64,000 nt of DNA from Desulfobacterales bacterium (GCA_046483495.1 JAWODC010000090.1:64001-128000); one strand, 5' to 3'. Shown: positions 51,562-62,047, counted from the first letter of the stretch. The notes: generated by a model not told the origin, from the sequence alone. Program-made: numbers and translations.

Positions 51562-51924
51562 ATGAAAGAAAAAGACATCCGGTTTTTTAAAGATCTGCTT
51601 ACCGGGCAATTGGAGGAATTGGTCAAGGGGGCCGGGATTGCCGTTTCCGGGATCAAAGAAAGCGGTAATCAGTTTATCGATCCGCTGGACAGGGCCTCTT
51701 TTGATGAAGAGCAGACCATGCACCTTCGCATCAAAAGCCGGGAAAGCAATTTGATCCGCAAGATAAAAGCTTCCCTGGAACGCATCGAAGAGGGCACATA
51801 CGGCATTTGCGAATCCTGCGGCAAAGAAATCCCGCTCAAACGGATGATGGTCAGACCGGTGACCAACAAGTGCATCGAATGCAAGATCAAGGAAGAATCG
51901 TATGAAAAAGTCGCAGGAATCTAG
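51562..51924 (+). CDS. dksA: RNA polymerase-binding factor DksA
   Basis: DPLDRA coiled-coil tip; C4 zinc finger CESC...CIEC. Confidence 0.92.
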   Translation: MKEKDIRFFKDLLTGQLEELVKGAGIAVSGIKESGNQFIDPLDRASFDEEQTMHLRIKSRESNLIRKIKASLERIEEGTYGICESCGKEIPLKRMMVRPVTNKCIECKIKEESYEKVAGI

Positions 51925-51982
51925 ATCCGGTGAGCTCTTTCGTTGAGCGTATGGACCGATGTAGGTACCTGATGCTGTTGGA

Positions 51983-52765
51983 TTAAAACCGTGTCGCAGG
52001 CGGCATGTCCGCCGGTTTGTTTCGGCGGCTCGATGCCCCGCCCGTGGTATGCGGTTTCGATTCGACGATTCGCATGATCACCTGCCTTTCTTTTTCATTC
52101 AAAAACCGCCAGTCTCCCGGCTTGAGCTTGCCGAGTTTCAGATCCGATATCCGAATTCGTTTCAGGTCGATCACACGGTTACCCATTTTTTCCATCATTC
52201 TCCGGATTTGCCGGTTTTTTCCTTCCTTTAAAACGATTCGAAAACGCGTTGCGGATATCCGGCGGACCTTTGCGGGACGGGTTTTGCCCTCCGGAAGAAG
52301 AATTCCTTTTTCAAGGCTCTTTATGGCTCCATCCATTAGGGGCTGTTCGACAGCAACTTCGTATTCCTTTTCGTGGTCAAAAGAAGGATGCGACAGGCGA
52401 TGGTGGAGTCTGCCGTCGTTGGTAAGAAGCAGCAGTCCGGAGGATTCCTTGTCCAGCCTGCCGACGGGGTATACCCGCTCCGCTACGTCGATGAGGTCCA
52501 GAACGGTTTTGTCTTTGGGTTGGCGACAGCTGGTCACCACTCCCCGCGGCTTGTTCATCGCGATGTAGGTCAATTGTTGATCGAGAGATATGCGCTTCCC
52601 ATCGACGGCGACGCGGTCTTTTTCAGGGTCCACTTTGTCCCCCAGTTTCCGCGGTTCGCCGTTTACCGTGACCCTGCCGTCGGCGATCAGCTCTTCACCC
52701 CGGCGCCGAGAACAAAAACCCGAGGCGGAAAGGAATTTTTGAAGCCGCATCGAATTTCCCATCAC
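51983..52765 (-). CDS. rRNA pseudouridine synthase (RsuA/RluB family)
   Basis: S4 domain RLQKFL...SRR, VGRLDKES, EGKNRQIRRM. Confidence 0.94.
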   Translation of the reverse strand: MMGNSMRLQKFLSASGFCSRRRGEELIADGRVTVNGEPRKLGDKVDPEKDRVAVDGKRISLDQQLTYIAMNKPRGVVTSCRQPKDKTVLDLIDVAERVYPVGRLDKESSGLLLLTNDGRLHHRLSHPSFDHEKEYEVAVEQPLMDGAIKSLEKGILLPEGKTRPAKVRRISATRFRIVLKEGKNRQIRRMMEKMGNRVIDLKRIRISDLKLGKLKPGDWRFLNEKERQVIMRIVESKPHTTGGASSRRNKPADMPPATRF

Positions 52766-53955
52766 GAACGATAATCCGCATTTATTTTGACATAATCAAT
52801 GGAAAAATCGCAGGTGATCATCCGGTCGCTGCCATGACCCAAATTTAAATCCACGGTCACCCTGAATTCGGGCTTTTTCAGCACTTCTGTGGCTTGTGTT
52901 TCCGCTTCATCGCCGCAGCCGGCACTGTTCTTCACCATCATCACATTATCGAAATAAATGTCGATTCTATTCGCATCGATTTCAACCCCGGATCTTCCGA
53001 CAGCACAAATGATTCTACCCCAGTTGGCGTCTTCGCCGAAAAACGCGGTTTTCACGAGATTTGAACCCGCTATTGTTTTGGCAACCGCCAGTGCATCGCG
53101 ATCGGAAACGGCCCCTTTTACGACAATGTCCACCAGCTTTCCGGCTCCTTCACCGTCTTTTACCAGCATCCTGGCAAGCCGAAGACACATGTCGTTCAAT
53201 AACCCCTGAAAATAATTCAGGCTCTCCGGCGTATCGATGACAACCCCGGAGGCGCCGTTTGCCAGGATCAGCGCCGTATCATTCGTGCTGGTATCACCGT
53301 CCACGGTAATCCGGTTAAACGAAAATGCAGCGGCCGAGACCAGTGCGTTGTGCAGGTCGGACGAAGCGATACGGGCATCCGTGCACAGAAATGCCAGCAT
53401 GGTGGCCATTTCAGGGTGTATCATTCCAACCCCCTTTGCCGCACCGATGAGGGAAAAATGCCGGCCGTCGATCGTTCCCTTTATTTCATGCAGTTTCGGA
53501 ATCGTGTCCGTCGTCATAATGGCACGGACAAAATCACCCCATCCGTCCGGCTTCAGAGACGCCGCCAAGTCAGGAACGGAGGCCTGAATTTTTTCGATGG
53601 GCAAGGGCTTTCCGATAACGCCGGTTGAAGCAACCAGCACATGGCCCTCGGAAACACCGAGTGCATCAGCGGCATATCGCGCCATTTGCTTTGCATGAAC
53701 CAGACCGTCTTCTCCGGTGCAGCAATTGGCATTTCCGCTGTTTACGATAACCGCTCTGCATGTGCACGACCGAATACGCTCAAGGTCGAGCATTACCGGT
53801 GCCGCCTTCACGCGGTTGGTCGTAAACAAACCGGCAACAGCCGCAGGAGATTCGGACGCGATAAGGCCCAGGTCCAGGACGGCCTTTTTTTTTATGCCGG
53901 CGGCAACGCCTCCTGCAGTAAAGCCTTTGCATGTTAAATGATCGCTCATGTTCAT
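52762..53955 (-). CDS. argJ: Ornithine acetyltransferase / N-acetylglutamate synthase ArgJ
   Basis: NSGNAN, IMTTDT, KGVGMIHPEMATML (autocleavage Thr), DGDTSTND, DGEG. Confidence 0.96.
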   Translation of the reverse strand: MNMSDHLTCKGFTAGGVAAGIKKKAVLDLGLIASESPAAVAGLFTTNRVKAAPVMLDLERIRSCTCRAVIVNSGNANCCTGEDGLVHAKQMARYAADALGVSEGHVLVASTGVIGKPLPIEKIQASVPDLAASLKPDGWGDFVRAIMTTDTIPKLHEIKGTIDGRHFSLIGAAKGVGMIHPEMATMLAFLCTDARIASSDLHNALVSAAAFSFNRITVDGDTSTNDTALILANGASGVVIDTPESLNYFQGLLNDMCLRLARMLVKDGEGAGKLVDIVVKGAVSDRDALAVAKTIAGSNLVKTAFFGEDANWGRIICAVGRSGVEIDANRIDIYFDNVMMVKNSAGCGDEAETQATEVLKKPEFRVTVDLNLGHGSDRMITCDFSIDYVKINADYRS

Positions 53956-54179
53956 CCGTTTTCGTTGGTAGTTATGCGCCGAACATCCTATTCTTTAACA
54001 CATATGACGTAAATGGACCAGTGGTTTATACCTCAAGAAGCACCGGCAAAAGGGATATGCATCGGTCAATCGATTGAACGGAAAAACGTTGACATCGCCT
54101 GATGTTTAACAGAAAATTATTAGAAGTGGTTTCAAAACCACTTCTATTCAATACAACCCAATGGATCGGGAGAGTGCCA

Positions 54180-54389
54180 ATGGCAAAACCCCATGAAATA
54201 TACCAGTGCCAAACGGCGAATTGCGGATGCATGTTCAACCCGGACAAAGGGGATCGAAAAGGCAAAATCCCCAAGAATACCCCGTTCGAAAATTTGCCGG
54301 ATGACTGGAAGTGTCCTGTTTGCGGCGCCTCGAAGAAAGCATTCAGGCCGCTCGCAGGACCCGGGTCATCGGTTGAGTCGTCTTGTTGA
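54180..54389 (+). CDS. Rubredoxin (CxxxxC...CxxC type)
   Basis: YQCQTANCG, FENLPDDWKCPVCGA; start at ATG 54180 after GGGAGAG. Confidence 0.92.
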   Translation: MAKPHEIYQCQTANCGCMFNPDKGDRKGKIPKNTPFENLPDDWKCPVCGASKKAFRPLAGPGSSVESSC

Positions 54390-54476
54390 CCGTAATCACC
54401 AATTACTATAACCGGTTTCAAATTCCGCCGGTTCTAAACGGGCTGTCTCGGTTCTTCTACCCATAACGGTATTTGA

Positions 54477-55214
54477 ATGGTTCGCAATTTCAAATTGACA
54501 ATTGAATACGACGGCGGCGCATATCATGGATGGCAACGCCAAAGCGATAAAGCTTCCATACAGGATGAGATCGAAAGAGCGCTTGCCGCCATGACGGGCC
54601 GAAACGTTGTCCTGAACGGTTCCGGCAGAACGGACGCAGGGGTTCATGCATTGGGGCAGACCGCCAATTTTCGCTGTGATACCGAGTTGACCCCCGACAT
54701 ATTTGCAAAGGGTCTGAACAGCCTTTTGCCGAACGATATCGTCGTCACATCGTGCTGTTATGCGGATAACGATTTCCATGCCCGGTACGATGTTAAAAGC
54801 AAACGGTACTGCTATTGCATTCTGAACCGACCCATCCGCTCGGCGATCGGCCGGGGGCACGCATGGCACATACGCAAAAAACTCGATATCGACGGCATGC
54901 AGAAAGCCGCACGGCACCTTGTCGGCACCCATGACTTCAAGTCATTCCAGGCGCAGGGAAGCGGAATCGAAAATACGAACCGCCACATCATGGACCTGCA
55001 GATTCTCCGCAAAAACGATAGGATCACCATTGAAATTCAGGCCGACGGATTTCTGAGGTTCATGGTCCGCACCATCGTCGGAACCCTGGTGAATGTCGGC
55101 CAGGGCAAATTGTCGCCGGATGACGTCAAAGACATTTTGACTTCCAAAGACCGTTCCCGTGCCGGCGCAACCGCCCCGCCGCATGGGCTCTTTCTCATCA
55201 GCGTGAACTATTGA
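54477..55214 (+). CDS. truA: tRNA pseudouridine(38-40) synthase
   Basis: YDG..YHGWQ, GRTDAGVHA, FHAR, FLRFMVR, TAPPHGL. Confidence 0.96.
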   Translation: MVRNFKLTIEYDGGAYHGWQRQSDKASIQDEIERALAAMTGRNVVLNGSGRTDAGVHALGQTANFRCDTELTPDIFAKGLNSLLPNDIVVTSCCYADNDFHARYDVKSKRYCYCILNRPIRSAIGRGHAWHIRKKLDIDGMQKAARHLVGTHDFKSFQAQGSGIENTNRHIMDLQILRKNDRITIEIQADGFLRFMVRTIVGTLVNVGQGKLSPDDVKDILTSKDRSRAGATAPPHGLFLISVNY

Positions 55215-55253
55215 GGATGAACACGGGGAACCGATTCGGTTTTGAAGGCTGAT

Positions 55254-57104
55254 TTAAAGAACCCCGGATCCAAGCTTTTTGGTGCTGTCCTTGTTCTTCT
55301 TCATGTCGTAAATCCGCTGGTTGTAAAAGCTGATGACTTCACGCCTGTAGAGCATCCCAAGAAGATTTCGGTGGTTTTCTTCGTCCATGACGGGAAGGCC
55401 GTCGATGTTTTTTAGAGTGAATTTTTTCAAAACACCGTTTAAGTCTTCCGAGGGCGTCGTGTAAATCACATCCGAGGTGGCGATATCTTCCATGACGACG
55501 AGGTTTTCGATGCCGATGGAAAAAATGACGCTGCGGATGTCCGTACTGGAAAAGATTCCCACCATGCGTTTGTTCTCATCGACAACCGGAAAATAGTGCT
55601 GCTTTGTTTCGGGGAAGTATTTCTTGAATTCCTGAAACGTCATGTTCTGTGGAACGATATCCACTTTTTTTACCAGATGCATCAAATCCTTCACCCGAAT
55701 GGTTTCGAGCACATCCATAAAAAAATCGCCGGCATGGGCCGGGGATGCGATTTTGTTCTTCACCTGCTTTTCGAAAATCGTCCAGCGCTGAGCGGCCAAA
55801 TAGGTGACCGAGCAAACCAGAAGGCTCGGCAGCAGCAGGTGATAGGAGTTGGTCATTTCACTGACAAAGATGATCGTTGAAATGGGGGCGTTCGATACGG
55901 CGGTAAAAAAACCGGCCATTCCCACCACGACAAATGCACCGGGTTCGGTGATGACATCGGGCATGATCATGTGAAAGAAATTGCCGACCGCCCCACCCAT
56001 TGCGCCGCCGATAACCACCGAAGGCCCGAATACGCCGCCGCTGCCTCCCGAACCAATGGAAAAGGACGTGGTCAACACCTTTCCAATGGCCAGGCTCAGC
56101 AGAAATGGAATCGCATATTCATTGAAAATCGCCTTTTGGGCGAAACCGTATCCAAAAGCAAGGGTCCACGGCAGAAAAAACCCGATGATGCCGGTGACGA
56201 GTCCACCGAGGGCGGGCTTCCAGTGATGCGGTATGTTGATTCTCTGGAACAGGCTGATGGTTCCGTAGAACGACTTTATGTAAAATATGCCGGTGACGAC
56301 CAGGACCATGGCCAAAACCACATAGGGGCCGAGCTCCATGGGGTTGTTGAAGTGGAAGTCGGGAGAGCTGAACAGCGATCCCCAGCCGAATACAAGGCAA
56401 AAGACACAATATGCAACGACCGATGAAATTCCGGCGGGAATGATGACATCCGACTCAAATTCCGGATCCCGATACAGCACTTCAGCGGCAAAAAGGGCCC
56501 CGGCCAACGGCGCCCTGAAGATGCTTCCCACACCGGCACCGATGCCGGCGGCCATCATGATGCGCCGTTCCCGTTCCGAAAGGTTCAGTTTGGTGGCCAG
56601 AAAAGAACCGAAGCCGGCGCCGATCTGCGCAATCGGCCCCTCCCTTCCCCCGGAGCCGCCGGTGGTAATGGTCAGTGCCGATGCCAGTGTTTTAACGATC
56701 GGCACCCGTCCCCGGATAAAACCACCCTTGTTATGAAATGCGTCGATAGCGGCGTCCGTTCCATGGCCTTCCGCTTCGGGTGCGAACGTATATACCAGCC
56801 AGCCGCTTAAAATCCCGCCGATCGCCGGCAGAAAGAGAAGAATCCAACGGTAAAAGGGTGTATCCGTAGACGGCAGAATGTGGTGTTCCCCGGCAGGCAT
56901 GGGAGGCCTGTATCCGGCCAGGCCGTCCAGAAAAAAGTGAAGGCCCAACTGACATAGATATTGGAAAAAGACGGAGCCCAGGCCGGCAATCAGCCCGATC
57001 AGGATGAAGTTAATCCCCCATTTTCCGGCCTTGACGATATCCGGAGTTCTGTAATTTGCTGTTTTTCTGAATCCGCTTTTTATCCGTCCCGGAGAAAGCT
57101 TCAT
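55254..57104 (-). CDS. CLC-family chloride channel / Cl-/H+ antiporter with CBS pair
   Basis: GHGTD, GREGP, FAAE, GGVFGP, EMT; C-terminal CBS domains. Confidence 0.93.
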   Translation of the reverse strand: MKLSPGRIKSGFRKTANYRTPDIVKAGKWGINFILIGLIAGLGSVFFQYLCQLGLHFFLDGLAGYRPPMPAGEHHILPSTDTPFYRWILLFLPAIGGILSGWLVYTFAPEAEGHGTDAAIDAFHNKGGFIRGRVPIVKTLASALTITTGGSGGREGPIAQIGAGFGSFLATKLNLSERERRIMMAAGIGAGVGSIFRAPLAGALFAAEVLYRDPEFESDVIIPAGISSVVAYCVFCLVFGWGSLFSSPDFHFNNPMELGPYVVLAMVLVVTGIFYIKSFYGTISLFQRINIPHHWKPALGGLVTGIIGFFLPWTLAFGYGFAQKAIFNEYAIPFLLSLAIGKVLTTSFSIGSGGSGGVFGPSVVIGGAMGGAVGNFFHMIMPDVITEPGAFVVVGMAGFFTAVSNAPISTIIFVSEMTNSYHLLLPSLLVCSVTYLAAQRWTIFEKQVKNKIASPAHAGDFFMDVLETIRVKDLMHLVKKVDIVPQNMTFQEFKKYFPETKQHYFPVVDENKRMVGIFSSTDIRSVIFSIGIENLVVMEDIATSDVIYTTPSEDLNGVLKKFTLKNIDGLPVMDEENHRNLLGMLYRREVISFYNQRIYDMKKNKDSTKKLGSGVL

Positions 57105-57105
57105 A

Positions 57106-58416
57106 TTATCCTGTCAGATCCTTCACACCTCTCAAAATGATGTCAAACAGCTCTTGAATGTTATCCTCTTCAATACAGGAAAAAGCGATTCTCAAATTGT
57201 CCTCTCCGATAGCGATCAACCCCACCCCGTATCGATCCAGCAGGTGCACGCGAAGGTTTTCCGCATTCGCATGCTTTAATCGAATGCACATGAAATAACC
57301 CGAATTGAACGGGTACGCCTCAAAAGCCTCCTTGTATTTATCCTGAGTCAGAACCGATTTAACCCGCATCGCCCGGGCTTTGAGAATTCTGAATTTCTCC
57401 TCCTTTTCTACAGGAAAATTAAGGTCTTGCATGGACCGGAGAATGATGGATTGTCCCAGGTGGGATGCATTCGAGATGGTACCGCGAACGCAGCCGGCTG
57501 TTTTTCGGACCAGGGCGTCATATACCGCCGCCTCATCCTGTTGGGGGGCACACCCATACGTAATGAACCCTACCCGCAGCCCCCAGACATAGCTTTCCTT
57601 GGTGGCGCCGTCGAGTTTCACCGCAAGAAGCCGGGGATGTTTGCCGCACAATTTTGCGAATAGGGATTCTTTCAGCGTGTCATCCTCATAAAACAGCCCG
57701 AAGTAGGCATCATCCGTGACGGCAATGACATGGGTGCCGTCTTCGGCCAACCGGGTTAATATCTCGACGATTGCATCGCCTTCTTTATGATTGGCGCTGT
57801 ATCCGGTTGGATTCTGGGGGAAATTCAACAGCACGATGACCTTGTCCCTGTCACGGGCTTCTTCCCGCAATTTTTCCTCGAGCGCCGAAAGGTTGAATCC
57901 ACCGGCATCGGAAAACAACGGGTACTGCGAAATGCGGGCGTTGTGCAGGACATTGAAAATCATCGTGTAATTTCCCCACATCATGTCGGGCAATACAATA
58001 ACATCATCCGGGTTTACCCACATATCGGCAAATACACTGATGGCATGCGTAATGCCCGAGGTGACCACCGGCAGACTGACTGATTTTCCGGAAAGGGACG
58101 GATTTTTCCGGTAAAGATCTTCTTTCCATATTTGCCGCAATCCCGGAATCCCAAAGGAAGGCGCATAGGTGAGGTATTCCTTGGGTCGCATTTCGTGAAC
58201 CAATCCGGCGACCGAATTGAATCGCATGGTTTTTCCCTCTTCCAGTGCGATTCCGATGGTGGCATTCAGTCGATGCGCCTTTTCCTTGGCCTCTGCACTC
58301 TGGGTCAGAATACCTTTCGGAAAGAAAAGCTTTTTGCCGACATCGGACATCATGCAGTAGATGTCCGGACAATATCGTTTAATGATGTCGTTTAACTCGA
58401 CAGCAATCGGATTCAT
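57106..58416 (-). CDS. PLP-dependent aminotransferase class I/II
   Basis: NATIG, NFPQNPTGY, DDAY, DGATKE...GLRVG, LRIAFS. Confidence 0.92.
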   Translation of the reverse strand: MNPIAVELNDIIKRYCPDIYCMMSDVGKKLFFPKGILTQSAEAKEKAHRLNATIGIALEEGKTMRFNSVAGLVHEMRPKEYLTYAPSFGIPGLRQIWKEDLYRKNPSLSGKSVSLPVVTSGITHAISVFADMWVNPDDVIVLPDMMWGNYTMIFNVLHNARISQYPLFSDAGGFNLSALEEKLREEARDRDKVIVLLNFPQNPTGYSANHKEGDAIVEILTRLAEDGTHVIAVTDDAYFGLFYEDDTLKESLFAKLCGKHPRLLAVKLDGATKESYVWGLRVGFITYGCAPQQDEAAVYDALVRKTAGCVRGTISNASHLGQSIILRSMQDLNFPVEKEEKFRILKARAMRVKSVLTQDKYKEAFEAYPFNSGYFMCIRLKHANAENLRVHLLDRYGVGLIAIGEDNLRIAFSCIEEDNIQELFDIILRGVKDLTG

Positions 58417-58551
58417 ACGGCCTCCCCAAACCCCACGGTTGCGCTGGGTATTTTAATGCAGTGAGCTATCTTGATACTCTTACAAAACACCGGAAGTCAA
58501 GAGGAATAACGGTGGGGAAATGCTCTGAAGCGTTCACCCTGAATCGATATT

Positions 58552-58580
58552 AAAAACCCCGTCCGTTACGGACGGGGTTT
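58552..58580 (-). terminator. Intrinsic terminator after the PxxKW gene
   Basis: AAACCCCGTCCG-TTA-CGGACGGGGTTT perfect stem, T-run on the minus strand. Confidence 0.75.
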
Positions 58581-58603
58581 GCCGTTCGACCATGAACAGC
58601 GGA

Positions 58604-58879
58604 TTATCGCCGAGCCCGTTTAGACGCTTTCAACGGATTCAACTTGGCTGCTTCTTTTGCAGCCCACGTTACATGAGATGCCAGATTGCAATTGCCGCTT
58701 TTCCATTTCATGGACGGTTCCGGACATGACGTGCAATACCAGCTGTTTGCATATTCGACAGTCCGTTTGCAGCCATTGCACTGTTCTACGATCTCATGGC
58801 AAATCCCGCCATTGTAGGAGCATCCCTCCGGTTTCATAAACGGGCACTCCATACCTTTTCTTACGGTTGTACAAAGCAT
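58604..58879 (-). CDS. PxxKW-family cysteine-rich protein
   Basis: CNGC, PSMKW..GNCNLASH, KLNPLKASKR. Confidence 0.88.
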   Translation of the reverse strand: MLCTTVRKGMECPFMKPEGCSYNGGICHEIVEQCNGCKRTVEYANSWYCTSCPEPSMKWKSGNCNLASHVTWAAKEAAKLNPLKASKRARR

Positions 58880-58951
58880 TTTGATCACCCCCTGAGTTTT
58901 TTGCCCGGTCCTGTTGCCGGGGCAGCATAAAAAAAACCGCCTCTCGGCTTC

Positions 58952-58991
58952 AAAAAAAACAACCTTTGAAGATAAGGCGTTTCAAAGGTTG
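58952..58991 (-). terminator. Intrinsic terminator inside the 5' leader of the PxxKW gene
   Basis: Minus strand CAACCTTTGAA-N10-TTCAAAGGTTG followed by T8. Confidence 0.75.
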
Positions 58992-59082
58992 CCGTGGATA
59001 CCGTCCAACATAACCGGTAATCCATTAAACCGTTTCATATCAGCCGATTGGCGATGACCTTTCGATCTCTTTTGCCGGCGCT

Positions 59083-59111
59083 TATATAAAGCTTTGGCCG
59101 TCTGTTGTCAA
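59083..59111 (-). promoter_or_regulatory. Sigma-70 promoter upstream of the PxxKW leader
   Basis: Minus strand TTGACA-N17-TATATA. Confidence 0.6.
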
Positions 59112-59244
59112 CAAAAATAGGAGGAAAAAATGATCAATGCTTGTTTTTTTTTTCATAATATTCGAAGATGGTTGGGTTAAGAGGTAAGGTCCTGAAATCG
59201 GTCTTGCTGCATACACCACCATCGAAGTTGAGGTTGAAAATCCA

Positions 59245-60225
59245 ATGATCATCGAAAAAGCCAGAGACGTTCTCCGAATCGAGGCCGAAGGCATTCTCAA
59301 TTTGATACAAAAGATCGGACCCGCTTTTTCCGACATGATCGATACCGTATATCGGGCAAAAGGGCGATTGATCGTGACCGGCATCGGGAAATCGGGTATT
59401 GTCGGCCGAAAAATCGTCGCTACCCTGAACAGCACGGGAACGCGATCGGTTTTCCTCCATCCCGTTGAAGCGATGCACGGCGATTTGGGGATTGTTTCCC
59501 GGGAAGATGTGCTTCTGGCCCTTTCTTACAGCGGCGAAACCGATGAATTGAACATACTGATCCCGAGCATACGCAGCATTGGATGCAAAATTATCAGCTT
59601 TACCGGGAACCCGGTCTCCACGCTGGCCCGGCACAGCGATATCATCATCGACGTCGGGGTGGCCAGGGAGGCATGCCCTCTCGGCCTCGCTCCCACAGCC
59701 AGCACCACCGCCATGCTGGCCATGGGTGATGCCATGGCCATCGTTTTGATCGATAAAAATCGTTTTCAATCCAGCGATTTTAAACGAATCCATCCCGGCG
59801 GCAATCTGGGGCAGCGGTTGGCGAACGAGGTCGGCGATCTAATGATGACCGGTGATCATATCCCGTTCGTATTCGAACATCAATCGATGGAAGACGTGAT
59901 CATGGAGATCGATCGGGTAGGACTCGGAGCCGTTTTTATTCTCTCGAGAAAATCGGTTCTTCGGGGAATTATTACGGACGGCGACATTCGGCGCCTTCTG
60001 GCGGGGAAAAAAAACCTCTTTGACCTGGACATTATACACGTGATGACGTCAACTGCGAAATCCGTGAAGCCGGACACCCCCGCTTATGATGCCTTGAACC
60101 TGATGGAACATTACCAGATTACCGTGCTGCCGGTCACCGATGCCGGTGGAAAAGTCCACGGCATATTGCATCTGCACGATATCCTGGGTAAAGGTGAATT
60201 CAAGTTTAATGGAAAGCAACACTAA
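59245..60225 (+). CDS. kdsD: Arabinose-5-phosphate isomerase (KpsF/GutQ family)
   Basis: GIGKSG, HPVEAMHGDLG, EACPLGLAPTAST, HPGG.LG, CBS pair. Confidence 0.93.
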   Translation: MIIEKARDVLRIEAEGILNLIQKIGPAFSDMIDTVYRAKGRLIVTGIGKSGIVGRKIVATLNSTGTRSVFLHPVEAMHGDLGIVSREDVLLALSYSGETDELNILIPSIRSIGCKIISFTGNPVSTLARHSDIIIDVGVAREACPLGLAPTASTTAMLAMGDAMAIVLIDKNRFQSSDFKRIHPGGNLGQRLANEVGDLMMTGDHIPFVFEHQSMEDVIMEIDRVGLGAVFILSRKSVLRGIITDGDIRRLLAGKKNLFDLDIIHVMTSTAKSVKPDTPAYDALNLMEHYQITVLPVTDAGGKVHGILHLHDILGKGEFKFNGKQH

Positions 60226-60239
60226 CGTTTTGAGGTTTT

Positions 60240-61574
60240 ATGAATAAAGATAATCAACCCATACCCACCCGGATCGATACCTTGGGAGAGTCCAAGATCA
60301 CCTCTCCGGCGATTCTCAGAGAGGATCATACCCGGGTCGTGAATCTGGTTTCCGAGGAAGACAGGGTCCTGATCGATGTCAACGCCCTGAGCATCACCGA
60401 GCGGATCCGCAATAACGAGGAGATCCCCTCTTTTGAAATGGCCGGCCCAAGAAGCAAAATATATTTCGATCCCAGCAAGCTGAAATGCGCCATGGTCACC
60501 TGCGGCGGATTGTGTCCGGGTTTGAATGATATCATTCGCGCCATCGTCCTCGAACTGTATTACGGCTATGGCGTACGCCACATCTTCGGTATCCGGTACG
60601 GCCTGCAGGGATTCATCCCGGGCTACGGGCATGATATATATGAATTGAATCCCGCCCGGGTTACAAACATCATGGAGATGGGCGGCTCTATCCTGGGGTC
60701 CTCCCGGGGACCGCAACCCATCGATGAAATCGTGGATTGCCTCGAGCGGATGAACATCAGCATCCTCTTCATGATCGGTGGAGACGGGACGATCCTCGCT
60801 GCATCGAAAATAGCCAATTACATCAGCGAAAATCGTCTGAACATCAGCGTTATCGGGATCCCCAAGACGATCGACAACGACATTTACATGGTGAATAAGT
60901 CATTCGGCTTCGATACGGCTGTCGATGTCTCGACGCAAGCCATCATGGGAGCCCACAATGAAGCGGTCAGCTATCCAAACGGCATCGGAATGATCAAGCT
61001 CATGGGACGGTATTCCGGATTTATCGCCGCGACAGCCGCGCTGGCCCAGCAGGACGTCAACTTCGTTTTGATTCCTGAAATCGATTTCGATCTTGACGGG
61101 ACCTCCGGGCTGTTGACCAAATTGGAAAAACGCATTCACAATAGAAAGCACGCCGTGATTGTAGTGGCGGAAGGCGCCGGCCAGAAATTTTTCGAAACGG
61201 CGAGAGCGGAACGGGATGAATCGGGAAACATTCGACTGCATGACATCGGCATCTATCTAAAAGACGCCATCGGTGACTATTTTCAACGCAAAGGCATCGA
61301 AATCACGTTAAAGTACATCGATCCCAGTTATATGATCCGAAGCCTGCCGGCCAATGCAAATGACAGCGTTTTCTGCAGCTTTCTCGGCAGAAACGCCGTT
61401 CACGCCGGAATGGCGGGAAAAACCAAAATGCTCATCGGACACTGGAACGATTATTTCGTTCATATACCCTTCGACGCCACCGCCGGAAAACGCAAACAGG
61501 TAGATCCCCACGGCACCCTCTGGCGAAGCGTACTTGAAGCCACGGGACAGGGAAACCTGAAAAACGGCGCATGA
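60240..61574 (+). CDS. pfkA: ATP-dependent 6-phosphofructokinase (group X/long type)
   Basis: TCGGLCPGLND, GGDGT, PKTIDND, MGR, YIDPSYMIRS. Confidence 0.92.
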   Translation: MNKDNQPIPTRIDTLGESKITSPAILREDHTRVVNLVSEEDRVLIDVNALSITERIRNNEEIPSFEMAGPRSKIYFDPSKLKCAMVTCGGLCPGLNDIIRAIVLELYYGYGVRHIFGIRYGLQGFIPGYGHDIYELNPARVTNIMEMGGSILGSSRGPQPIDEIVDCLERMNISILFMIGGDGTILAASKIANYISENRLNISVIGIPKTIDNDIYMVNKSFGFDTAVDVSTQAIMGAHNEAVSYPNGIGMIKLMGRYSGFIAATAALAQQDVNFVLIPEIDFDLDGTSGLLTKLEKRIHNRKHAVIVVAEGAGQKFFETARAERDESGNIRLHDIGIYLKDAIGDYFQRKGIEITLKYIDPSYMIRSLPANANDSVFCSFLGRNAVHAGMAGKTKMLIGHWNDYFVHIPFDATAGKRKQVDPHGTLWRSVLEATGQGNLKNGA

Positions 61575-62047
61575 TTCCGCCGGACTACGGACCGCATCGA
61601 ATGGCGTTAAGGACAATTTTTTATCGACACCGTACCATGCCTCGCCTGATCATAAGATATACACTACTGCAGCTTCCCGGATATGTTCTGCTTATCCTGG
61701 TCCTTATCCTGCTGCGACGGATCGTGAATATTCCCGACACCACCCTGTGGGCCGTTCTCGGTTTGTGGTTGGCAAAGGATATCGTGTTGTTCCCCTTGGT
61801 GGGACGGTATTATGCACCTGAAAACTTCCAGGACCGATTTTCAATGATCGGAAAAGACGGCATCGTCCAGAAACCGCTGGCACCTGCCGGAACCATACGC
61901 GTCCGGGGAGAACTCTGGAAGGCGGAAGTTACGGAACAGTGGCATTCCATCGAATACGGCCGGCGGGTGGTGGTGCAGGACATCAAAGGTCTTACGCTGA
62001 AAGTCAAGCCTGCGGAAAATTCCGAAAAGCCGTCTAAAACGCCTTAA
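61571..62047 (+). CDS. NfeD-like membrane protein (C-terminal OB fold)
   Basis: Two TM helices, MIGKDG.V..PL.P.G.IRVRGELWKA; start may be 61637. Confidence 0.85.
   Translation: MIPPDYGPHRMALRTIFYRHRTMPRLIIRYTLLQLPGYVLLILVLILLRRIVNIPDTTLWAVLGLWLAKDIVLFPLVGRYYAPENFQDRFSMIGKDGIVQKPLAPAGTIRVRGELWKAEVTEQWHSIEYGRRVVVQDIKGLTLKVKPAENSEKPSKTP

Noticed and set aside
59040..59080. c-di-GMP-I (GEMM) riboswitch suggested by GGCAAA...GAAA
   Set aside because: The GACGCAAAG junction and tetraloop-receptor stem are not evident; kept only as an unclassified leader
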